From IMG/VR virus record IMGVR_UViG_3300028145_000004, positions 1 through 60,854 of that record: a stretch of 60,854 nt of DNA; one strand, written 5' to 3'. A program made the position numbers and the translations under genes. Below, in pieces: positions 1 through 7,381 of this stretch. Source of the stretch: a virus (taxonomy: Duplodnaviria; Caudoviricetes). How positions within the stretch are numbered: the first letter of the stretch is position 1; each line of letters begins with the position of its first letter. The notes below the pieces were generated by a model. That model saw nothing but the letters and a program-made list of their open reading frames with translations, made no database searches and was not told the DNA's origin.

Positions 1-180
1 TACCTCGAAGCGCAATCCGGCGAAGCCATCAGCATTGAATGCGGCTTGCAGTTCGCGGTTGCTGTGCGAGCCGTCAATCAGTGCTGTTTCGTGCTGAGAC
101 CAGCGCAGTTCGATGCGACGGGAACAGCCAACGTAGACCTTGCGGCTCGCCTTGTGGGTTATGAGGTAGATGCCAGTCAC
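1..180 (-). CDS. GIY-YIG endonuclease, N-terminal part (runs off window start)
   Basis: Manual translation from GTG at 180 gives MTGIYLITHKASRKVYVGCSRRIELRWSQH...HSNRELQAAFN...FEV, with GIY, YVG, R and H motifs. Not in the ORF track because it is truncated. Confidence 0.85.
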   Translation of the reverse strand, partial: MTGIYLITHKASRKVYVGCSRRIELRWSQHETALIDGSHSNRELQAAFNADGFAGLRFEV

Positions 181-187
181 GCGAATA

Positions 188-260
188 CATCTACACACAA
201 GCAGCACGCTTGTCAACATGAGAAATGAATGTTGACAAAGATTGCGTCTGTGTGTATGGT
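188..260. promoter_or_regulatory. Back-to-back divergent sigma70-like promoters in an imperfect inverted repeat
   Basis: Plus: TTGACA 232-237, 17 nt, TATGGT 255-260. Minus: TTGACA 216-211, 17 nt, TAGATG 193-188. TGTCAACAT/ATGTTGACA inverted repeat. Start codons at 267 and 180 follow each -10 by about 6-7 nt (leaderless-like). Confidence 0.6.
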
Positions 261-266
261 GCATCT

Positions 267-422
267 ATGCAGAAAGACACAGAGCGGACTGAAGTGGTTA
301 GCGTGCGGCTCAAGCCAGCCTACATGGTGAAGCTGCGCAAGCTGGCTAAGGATCAACGCGACCCTGTAGGGTCCGCCGCGCGCAAGCTGGTGGAACGCGG
401 CCTAGACGAGACTCGACGCTGA
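267..422 (+). CDS. Ribbon-helix-helix (Arc/CopG-like) regulator
   Basis: EVVSVRLKPAYMVKLRKLAK...GSAARKLVERGL: beta-strand plus two helices pattern. Confidence 0.55.
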   Translation: MQKDTERTEVVSVRLKPAYMVKLRKLAKDQRDPVGSAARKLVERGLDETRR

Positions 423-460
423 GCACGTGCTTGGCTTGTGTCGGGTAGGAGGATTGAAAG

Positions 461-655
461 ATGAATACTAAACAATCGGTATGCTGCGAGCATTCCTATT
501 GCACCACGTACACGAAGCATCCTTCTCGCTTGTGTGCTGGACATTTGGAGTATGCGCGCCACGTGTGCTCCAATCTTGGTTGCCCTAACCCGCTGTTGTT
601 CGCTGGTGACTATTGCCGTGACTGCGGCGGTTTTCCGGTGAACATCGGGCAGTGA
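461..655 (+). CDS. Small Cys/His-rich hypothetical protein
   Basis: AGGAGG Shine-Dalgarno upstream; several Cys pairs. Confidence 0.45.
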   Translation: MNTKQSVCCEHSYCTTYTKHPSRLCAGHLEYARHVCSNLGCPNPLLFAGDYCRDCGGFPVNIGQ

Positions 656-667
656 GCAAGGGCAAGC

Positions 668-701
668 AAGGCGTCGGAGCGATCCGGCGCCTTTTGCTTT
701 T
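668..701 (+). terminator. Intrinsic terminator
   Basis: AAGGCGTCGGA-GCGA-TCCGGCGCCTT stem with GNRA loop followed by a T-rich tract. Confidence 0.65.
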
Positions 702-822
702 GGGAGTGAAGTGTCTCACAACCTGAGACACATGGTGACATATTGACTTGACAATTGCCGGGAAGATCCGTGCCAATGATGAATAGTTGGCATGGCATTG
801 CTAGGGAGACTGACCGACGAGG
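696..822 (+). repeat. 127-bp exact direct repeat, copy 1 (copy 2 at 60728-60854)
   Basis: GCTTTTGGGAGTGAAGTGTCTC...GACCGACGAGG is identical at both places, offset 60032. Confidence 0.95.
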
Positions 823-849
823 AAGAAAGTGTCTCATCGTCGTGAGACA
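711..849. promoter_or_regulatory. Operator-like inverted repeats TGTCTCA-N5/6-TGAGACA
   Basis: GTGTCTCA-CAACC-TGAGACAC near 711-731 and TGTCTCA-TCGTCG-TGAGACA near 830-849; half-site GTGAGACAC near 1054; TTGACA/TTGACT hexamers lie between them. Confidence 0.5.
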
Positions 850-1231
850 GTCAATCAAACCTTGTGCATCGAGGCGTCGAGCTGACCACCACCAGAACGC
901 GTCCCGATTGCGTCACTACGTCCGATAGCGCGCATTATGAGGCCCGGCATTTCCATGACGAATCAGAGCAACTGCCTGATCTTGCTACGATCTTCTCAAC
1001 AAGGTGCTTCGACACGTGCCGGATATTATCCGACCTGATGTCAACCACGATCTGTGAGACACAATCACGGGTCCCTTTTGTCAGGCCGGGGATACCTTCG
1101 ACGACTCCCCCGAAAGAGAGCCTGCTCCATTGAACTCCCACCGAAGGTCACTGGGAATTTCCGTATTCCTCTTTCCTCAAGCGCAGTTAGAATCCGAGTT
1201 CAGCGTCGTCCAATTGCCGTTTTTTCGGGAG

Positions 1232-1306
1232 TTATCCACAATTCGGTGAATCGTAAGCCCCTTGCAAGCCCCTTCGGAGCCCCTTGCAAGCCCCTTGAGA
1301 GGGGCT
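1232..1306 (+). other. Putative replication origin: DnaA box plus four 11-bp iterons
   Basis: Perfect TTATCCACA at 1232-1240; tandem (A/G)AGCCCCTT(GC/CG/GA) at 1255-1298 with an inverted AGGGGCT at 1300-1306; upstream of the initiator gene. Confidence 0.7.
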
Positions 1307-1454
1307 CTCGCGCACGCGCGTCGCGCGATGTGGAGTGTATGTATCTGTTCCTGTATCTGTAGGGAGAGTGCAGAGAGGGGAATTGTCGCATCGCGTTTGA
1401 CATACACGAGCAGTTCGGATATGAGGCTTGGCGAGCACGAGGGGAGAGCGCGAA

Positions 1455-1676
1455 ATGGGCAAGCGTGTCGGCAAGGTGTTGGTGCAGTTGTGGGTCGACG
1501 AAGATCAGCACGCTCGGTGGCGGCGGGCGTTCAAGACACGGCTTCGTCGGGCTGGGTTGTCGGCGCCCGACAAGTTTCTTGCGCCGTGGATACGCAGCGA
1601 GATGGACCGCGTGGTGGCGGATCTCGGTGAACCTCCGCCAGACCCGGTGCCGGAGCGTGACGAAGATGCGGCTTGA
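1455..1676 (+). CDS. Hypothetical small basic protein, possibly DNA-binding
   Basis: ORF with GGGGAG upstream, directly preceding the initiator gene. Confidence 0.5.
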   Translation: MGKRVGKVLVQLWVDEDQHARWRRAFKTRLRRAGLSAPDKFLAPWIRSEMDRVVADLGEPPPDPVPERDEDAA

Positions 1677-1691
1677 TTGCGAGTGTCCGCC

Positions 1692-2579
1692 ATGTCGGAT
1701 CGCTACTACTCGTTTCGTCCGCGTTACTGGACCGGCACAACGGGCAAGCTGATTCGCGCAGCGGGGCGTGACGCTCAGGTGTTGGGCGCTTACCTGTTCA
1801 CGTGCGCGTCGGCTTCGTCGATCGGGCTGTACTACCTGCCGCTGCCGACGCTGTGTCACGAACTCGGCATGTCGAGCGAGGACGCGCGTGCGGCAATCGT
1901 TGCGCTGCAGGACATCGGGTTTGCCTTCTACGACTTCGAGTGCGAGGAGGTTTGGATTCCCGAGATGGCCGCGCAGCAGTACGGGCCGAAGCTCGTGCCG
2001 CCGAACCACCAGCACGCAGGTGTGGTGAAGCTCATCGCGAGCCTGCGCAAATCACCCTTCTTCGACGCCTTTTACGAACGCTACGAAGAGGCGTTTCACC
2101 TTCCCGACCCAGACGATCCTACCACCACACGTCCCAAGCGACCCAAACTCAAGGCGATACCAGCACAGCAGGAACTCATCCCACTCGACAACGATTCCGA
2201 CGACGACGAAGGCGACGATCTCGAAGACGGGGACGACGACGGCGTTGAAGTGTCGACCGAGAACGGCACGGTTGTCATCACCTCCGACATGCTCGGCGAC
2301 GGCTACAACAAGAACTGCGCGCGGCTGTACGGGCTGCCGTGCGTGACGCTGCCGCTCACCGAGGAGCGCCGTCGAAAAGCGCGGGCGCGGCTCAAGGAGC
2401 ATCCCGACCCGCAGTGGTGGGCGTCTGTGTTCGTGCGCGTAGGAACGTCGGATTTCTTGTGCGGGCGCGGCAAGGGTAATTGGCGTCTGACCTTCGAGTG
2501 GTTGACCAAAAATGCGAGCAACGCCGTTCGAGTGATCGAAGGCGAATTTGACAACGGAGCACGACATGCCCAAGCGTAA
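1692..2579 (+). CDS. Phage replication initiation protein
   Basis: N-terminal RPRYWTGTTGK...YLFT...IGLYYLP...HELGM winged-helix type; C-terminal WRLTFEWL...VIEGEFDN typical of phage replisome organisers. Confidence 0.8.
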   Translation: MSDRYYSFRPRYWTGTTGKLIRAAGRDAQVLGAYLFTCASASSIGLYYLPLPTLCHELGMSSEDARAAIVALQDIGFAFYDFECEEVWIPEMAAQQYGPKLVPPNHQHAGVVKLIASLRKSPFFDAFYERYEEAFHLPDPDDPTTTRPKRPKLKAIPAQQELIPLDNDSDDDEGDDLEDGDDDGVEVSTENGTVVITSDMLGDGYNKNCARLYGLPCVTLPLTEERRRKARARLKEHPDPQWWASVFVRVGTSDFLCGRGKGNWRLTFEWLTKNASNAVRVIEGEFDNGARHAQA

Positions 2580-3159
2580 GTCACGTGCGGAATCGGGCGG
2601 CTTGTTCGTCCCCAAGCAAGGCAACGAAGCGGAGTCGCCAGAGGCTCCACGCGCAGCGCGACCCGGTGAATGCCTCACGTGTCACAACTTCATGTCGGCT
2701 TCGTTCTTCGGTCGACAACCGACCGACGACGATCACCCGGTGCACTGCTACGGCTCTGCATGCGCGTGGCAGTCGAAGCACGGGCGCGAGCCGCATCACG
2801 GTCGCACGTCGTATCAAGCCTGCTGGAAGTGCCACGGCGACATGGGATGCGAGAAGTGCAGCGGGTCGGTGCAAGACGTGCTGTGCACGAAGTGCGCTGC
2901 ATGGGGAACACCGGAAGCTCTCGCCAACCACGGCCCGGTGACCAACGATCCGGGTCAGTTGCAGAAGCGACACGGCAAGCGTGCTCCGACGTTCGAGGAG
3001 TACCCAGAGCACTTCAAGGCGATGGCGCGCGACCGCAATTCACTCGAACCCGAATTACCGCGAGGCCGCTATCGCCCGCAGATCAAGAGCGTGCCGCAAC
3101 CCGAGCCGTGCGACTACGACGGCGAAGGGATATTCGAGCCGGTGTGGGATGAACAGTGA
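2566..3159 (+). CDS. Cys-rich (zinc-binding) hypothetical protein
   Basis: Multiple CxxC pairs; overlaps the initiator stop. Confidence 0.6.
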   Translation: MPKRKSRAESGGLFVPKQGNEAESPEAPRAARPGECLTCHNFMSASFFGRQPTDDDHPVHCYGSACAWQSKHGREPHHGRTSYQACWKCHGDMGCEKCSGSVQDVLCTKCAAWGTPEALANHGPVTNDPGQLQKRHGKRAPTFEEYPEHFKAMARDRNSLEPELPRGRYRPQIKSVPQPEPCDYDGEGIFEPVWDEQ

Positions 3160-3434
3160 GCGAAAAGAGAAACGAGATGAACGAGGACGACGAGTATCGC
3201 GAGTGGGAGAAGCAGTGGGAAGCGCAATTGGTGCAGCGCAAGAGAGATGCGACGTTTGATGCGGCGCACGCGTTATTCTCGCCAGAAGAAGCGCAGGATC
3301 TGCTCGATAAGCTGCGCACCAACAAGGGTCCGTGGACGCGGTGGGCGATGGGGCCTATCGTGGAGGCACTGCAAGAGGTGATCGACGGGCCGCCAACTTC
3401 CCCCGAATCGACTCGCGAACCGCGTCGGGACTGA
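3156..3434 (+). CDS. Hypothetical protein
   Basis: GTGA-coupled to the upstream ORF. Confidence 0.5.
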   Translation: MSEKRNEMNEDDEYREWEKQWEAQLVQRKRDATFDAAHALFSPEEAQDLLDKLRTNKGPWTRWAMGPIVEALQEVIDGPPTSPESTREPRRD

Positions 3435-3717
3435 TCTTCAGGGTCTCGCAGATGTTCACGAAGCTGAACGGCCAATCCCAATCCGTGTCGAGCATCCAGC
3501 GCAACGCTTCGTCCCACGGCCTGCCGCGCGCATCGGGCGGACCACAGCGCCAAGTGCGTGGCACAGGCTCCATCAGCGCGCATTTCACGGCGTCTTCGAG
3601 CACGGCGAGCATCAAGCGTTTCTCACCCGTGTTGACGACCTTTTGTCGCAGCGGCATCTGCGCCGGCAGCATCGGATCGTTGGCGAACAGTTCGGTGTAA
3701 AGCGGGGCAGATGTCAT
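3355..3717 (-). CDS. Conserved hypothetical protein (EKRLMLAVLEDA...WPFSF.NICE.L family)
   Basis: Motif recognised from a family I recall as expanded in Candidatus Binatia genomes; function unknown. Confidence 0.65.
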   Translation of the reverse strand: MTSAPLYTELFANDPMLPAQMPLRQKVVNTGEKRLMLAVLEDAVKCALMEPVPRTWRCGPPDARGRPWDEALRWMLDTDWDWPFSFVNICETLKISPDAVRESIRGKLAARRSPLAVPPR

Positions 3718-3802
3718 GCGGCCCGTGGTGCCACAGCGGCAGCGAGAAAAGCAAGACTGTACGCTTGACATGCCCGACGGTTCCGGTGTATCGGACCCCG
3801 AC

Positions 3803-4033
3803 ATGAGGGCTCCCAAGAAAGCGCGTAAGGTCGAATGCAGTGCGTGCGGAACGATTCTCACCACGGTCAACGGCGAGTGGTTGCGGCACGTACGCCGCAA
3901 AGCCGGCTTGTCTCTCAAGCGCATGTCGGCGAAGTCGGGGATTCCGAAGACGACACTCCACAACGTCGAGACCAACGCGTTTCGTCCGAGCGTCGAAGTG
4001 CTTGGGCAGTACGGGAAGTTGGGAGCACGATGA
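3803..4033 (+). CDS. XRE-family HTH regulator with N-terminal CxxC
   Basis: LRHVRRKAGLSLKRMSAKSGIPKTTLHNVETNAFRPS; TTGACA at 3765-3770. Confidence 0.8.
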   Translation: MRAPKKARKVECSACGTILTTVNGEWLRHVRRKAGLSLKRMSAKSGIPKTTLHNVETNAFRPSVEVLGQYGKLGAR

Positions 4034-4097
4034 GCATGCAGTTGGTGAATAGCGTCACGGTCGACGACGTGTCGACCAAGCGAAGGGAGGCGTAGTC

Positions 4098-4388
4098 ATG
4101 GCGCAGCAGTTGGCGATGCAGGAACCCGAGTGGAAGCCGGAATTTCTCGAAGCGTGTCGCGAGGCGGGATACTCTCGCGTGATCGGCGCAAATAATTCGA
4201 TGGGCAATCGAATCGTGCGCGGTGAGTGGAGCGGCGACGAACCCCTGATCGACGGTTGGCCCGCCATGTGGCAGTTGAAGCAGAAGCAGGAGAAGACGAC
4301 GGTATTCGGTGGAGTGGGTCACGCGTGCGTTACAAGTTCGTGGTCCACGCCCCTTGGGGCAGTCGACTTGCAATCCACCCCGAGATAG
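4098..4388 (+). CDS. Hypothetical protein
   Basis: GGGAGG Shine-Dalgarno; co-oriented cluster. Confidence 0.5.
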   Translation: MAQQLAMQEPEWKPEFLEACREAGYSRVIGANNSMGNRIVRGEWSGDEPLIDGWPAMWQLKQKQEKTTVFGGVGHACVTSSWSTPLGAVDLQSTPR

Positions 4389-4403
4389 GCGTATAGGGCG
4401 CAC

Positions 4404-4700
4404 GTGCCTACCGACCTCGACTACAAACGCGCAGTCACGATCCTTCGCCGCTACGACGAGCGAAGCCGCATGACGAGTGCGAATGGGTCACCGATGGTCG
4501 ACCGCTGCAAGCTGTGCGACAAGGTTCCGTCGAACACGAACCCGAAAACGTGGCGCGAAGCGTGCCCGTGCCGGGACAATCGCGCCTTTCTGGCACGTGA
4601 GGGCGCGCGACCAGTGCGTCCCGTACCTGCCGAACCGAAGGTCGATGTGTTCGCGGTGCCGAACACCGGGCCTGCGCCGATGAGTTTCGGGGATGACTGA
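4404..4700 (+). CDS. Hypothetical protein
   Basis: Co-oriented; CxxC motif. Confidence 0.45.
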   Translation: MPTDLDYKRAVTILRRYDERSRMTSANGSPMVDRCKLCDKVPSNTNPKTWREACPCRDNRAFLAREGARPVRPVPAEPKVDVFAVPNTGPAPMSFGDD

Positions 4701-4983
4701 GTTGCCGAGTGCACGAGCCATCGCGCTGAAGGAAAATGCGCGACGCGGCGACTGGACCGACGGTGTGGAGTTCGAGGCGTTGCCTGCACCAACCGAACCT
4801 GTCGACGGGAAGCCGTATGCGACGCACAAGGGGACGATTGAACTCGCGGGTACGACGCTCACGGTGTACCAACTCAGCGACGGACAGCGCGTGATCGACG
4901 CGCGGGATGTGATGCGACTACTCGAACCAGAACCGAACGCGTTTGAACTCGGAGCCGCAGCACGGCGGCTAGGTATCGCGTGA
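4693..4983 (+). CDS. Hypothetical protein, weakly resembling a P63C N-terminal region
   Basis: ATHKGTIELAGTTLTVYQLSDGQRVI motif. Confidence 0.5.
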   Translation: MTELPSARAIALKENARRGDWTDGVEFEALPAPTEPVDGKPYATHKGTIELAGTTLTVYQLSDGQRVIDARDVMRLLEPEPNAFELGAAARRLGIA

Positions 4984-4989
4984 TGCCTG

Positions 4990-6486
4990 ATGCCCGACAA
5001 CACCCTCAAGCTCTCGCCCGAGCAGCAGCAGAAGCTGTCTACGAATCTCGGCGCGTGGCATCTTGCTCTGCGACCCGACGAAAAGCCTGCGTGGTTTCAC
5101 CAGCGGCTCATCATCCCGGCCATCGAGAGATTGCTCAACGGCAGGGGCAAGCGGAAGTTGGCGATATGCCTCCCGCCCGGACACGGCAAGTCGGAAGTTG
5201 GGACTGTTTCGTTGATTCCCTTCCTGCTTGGCTCGCGTCCTGGCATTCGCGCTATGACGCTTTCCTACTCGACCGCGTTTGCGATGGAGTTTGGTCGGCG
5301 CATCAGGAACATCTGCGAGTCTGATCTAGCCACCGAAGTCTTTCCCACAGCTCACCCCACCCTCGATTCTCACGGCAGCAAGCGATTCAGCACCAAGGGC
5401 GGCAGCAGTTACTTCGCCGCAGGGTTCAACGATCGAATCGCAGGCGTCCACTATGACTTCATCGGCATCGACGATCCGGTGAAGTCCATGTTCGAGGCGC
5501 AGTCCGAGCCGAAGATGCGCGCTCGTTTCGACGTGTACCGTTCCGTGGTGAAGGACCGTCTACGACCGAAAGGCAAAATGCTGATGTCGCTCACGCGCTA
5601 CTGGCTGCGCGACTTCTTTGCGCGCGTCATGGAAGCCGAGCCTGATGCGTGGGACATCCTGATCGTGCCCGCCGAAGATACCGACGGAAAGTTTGGGTGG
5701 CCCCCTGATCGTCGTGGCAGGTTTTTGTGGAGCGACTACTACGGCGACGCGCACTACGAGTCGGCCAAGTCGGATCAGGAGGTGTGGTGGTCAGTGTGGC
5801 AGCAACAGCCGCGCGCCTTCGACGAGTTCTGGTTCAACGAGGATTGGTTTCTCACCTACAAGCCGGGAACGGTAAAGCGTGGCTGGGCGCACTACATGAT
5901 TTGCGATCCTGGCTTGGCGATGTCGGCACGTTCCGACCGCACCTCGATTCTCGTGATCGCGGCTGGGCCGGAGAACAGAGTCTTCGTGGTCGACTGGGTG
6001 TACGACCGTTTGAACCCAGAACAACGCGCGCAACACATCGTGCGTTTGGCGAGAAAATGGAAACCGCGCCGATTCGTTTACGAGGAGCAGGGATTGGTGT
6101 CCGACACGTTCTACCTCAATCAGCGCATGGCGAAAGAAAATCTCGTGCTGCGACCTGTTGCTGTGGGTCGCAAGGGGCCGCGAGCGCAGTTGACCAAGGA
6201 GTCTCGCATCCGAGAGTTACGCAGCGACTTCGCGCAGGCACGCATCTGGTTTCCGCCCTCGATCATGCAGAAGTGTGCGGACGGGTCTGAGATCGACGTG
6301 ATTGCCACGTTCCGAAACGAGGAGTTCATTCCCTATCGTGGCGAAGATTCGGTGCGCCACGACGACGGCCTGGACTCGCTCTCGCGCATTCACGATCCCG
6401 AGCTGCGGATTCAGTTCATTCCCGAACCGGACGGTCGACCTGAGCGGCGCGAGCCGCAACGTGGAGGATGGGAGGCCGCGTGGTAG
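4990..6486 (+). CDS. terL: Terminase large subunit
   Basis: Walker A LPPGHGKS, Walker B FIGIDDP, RNase H-like MICDPG...SDRT and C-terminal HDDGLDSLS; upstream of portal. Confidence 0.95.
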   Translation: MPDNTLKLSPEQQQKLSTNLGAWHLALRPDEKPAWFHQRLIIPAIERLLNGRGKRKLAICLPPGHGKSEVGTVSLIPFLLGSRPGIRAMTLSYSTAFAMEFGRRIRNICESDLATEVFPTAHPTLDSHGSKRFSTKGGSSYFAAGFNDRIAGVHYDFIGIDDPVKSMFEAQSEPKMRARFDVYRSVVKDRLRPKGKMLMSLTRYWLRDFFARVMEAEPDAWDILIVPAEDTDGKFGWPPDRRGRFLWSDYYGDAHYESAKSDQEVWWSVWQQQPRAFDEFWFNEDWFLTYKPGTVKRGWAHYMICDPGLAMSARSDRTSILVIAAGPENRVFVVDWVYDRLNPEQRAQHIVRLARKWKPRRFVYEEQGLVSDTFYLNQRMAKENLVLRPVAVGRKGPRAQLTKESRIRELRSDFAQARIWFPPSIMQKCADGSEIDVIATFRNEEFIPYRGEDSVRHDDGLDSLSRIHDPELRIQFIPEPDGRPERREPQRGGWEAAW

Positions 6487-6660
6487 CTACCGCGCAATCT
6501 CAACCTCTCCGCCCTGCCGCTTCACCAGCATGACCATCGTTGACCACCGACGCCACAGCCACGATTCCAGCTTGCCGGTGACGCCGACGATCTGGTTGTC
6601 CTGCACGTAAACGTGGCCTTCGAGATCCCCGATTCTGACTCTGATGCGTATGGGTTTCAT
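6487..6660 (-). CDS. Small hypothetical protein (57 aa)
   Basis: Manual translation MKPIRIRVRIGDLEGHVYVQDNQIVG...; GGAG upstream; follows the HNH gene. Confidence 0.45.
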   Translation of the reverse strand: MKPIRIRVRIGDLEGHVYVQDNQIVGVTGKLESWLWRRWSTMVMLVKRQGGEVEIAR

Positions 6661-6678
6661 GCCACGCTCCGTATCAGA

Positions 6679-7224
6679 TCAGCGTGATTGGAGTCGAGCA
6701 CGACGCCCGCGCAACAAAGCAGGTAGCTTGACCGGACCCTTCACGTGACGCCATGTCACGCGATGAACGATGTCGAAAATGCAGGAGTCGCTGACGCCAT
6801 GAATGGCGGCTAGGCGCGTGGTAGTGAATCGACGATGAGGAGTGTAGAGGCGTCGAATCTCCAGCACATCGGATTCTGTGAGTTTACAAATGCCGATGCT
6901 CTCACCCCGTGCAATGCGATTACGTGCAGCCGTATCGGCGCCGTTGTCGGCGGCTGTCCCGCCTGCGAGATGCATCGGATTGCAGCATGGCGGATTGTGG
7001 CACAGGTGCCGTACTACGGGCGGCCATTGACCGTTTGCAAAATAGAAAGCAAAGCGATGTGCTCCAGTCGTGGGGCACGTCCGTACCGCAAAGACTCCGT
7101 AACCGCCGCGTTTAGTGCGTCTTGCTCCTCGCCACAGCCAACACTCATCTGGACTTCCAATATCCACACGAGCCCAAAAGTGTTGCTGCCGCAAGCGAAG
7201 GGCAGTATTGCTGCGTTTAGCCAT
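6679..7224 (-). CDS. HNH homing endonuclease (His-Cys box type, C-terminal HTH)
   Basis: FWARVD..SPDECWLW, GYG, AHR, VRHLCHNPPCCNPMHL..GT..DN, KLTESDVLEIR; AAGGAGG Shine-Dalgarno. Confidence 0.92.
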   Translation of the reverse strand: MAKRSNTALRLRQQHFWARVDIGSPDECWLWRGARRTKRGGYGVFAVRTCPTTGAHRFAFYFANGQWPPVVRHLCHNPPCCNPMHLAGGTAADNGADTAARNRIARGESIGICKLTESDVLEIRRLYTPHRRFTTTRLAAIHGVSDSCIFDIVHRVTWRHVKGPVKLPALLRGRRARLQSR

Positions 7225-7381
7225 CTTATCCTCCTTGGCGGGATTTGTGGTTAGCGTCTGGGATGACGTACGACCGCCATCCCAGACGCGTTCATCCTAC
7301 CCGAAGAGTGTATGAGTTTCCACGTTGAGCATCTTTCTGGTACACCGCATCTGTGATGACCGCTGAATCGACCGTGAACTG

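Noticed and set aside
696-822. 127-bp repeat as attL/attR or a packaging terminal repeat
   Set aside because: No integrase or tRNA target; the second copy is cut by the window end, its length equals a common assembly k-mer, and it starts exactly at a transposon end.
6679-7224. Antisense HNH genes as intron-encoded or IscB/HEARO-type elements
   Set aside because: Flanking genes are intact, no intron core motifs are nearby, and the proteins lack RuvC or PLMP features.
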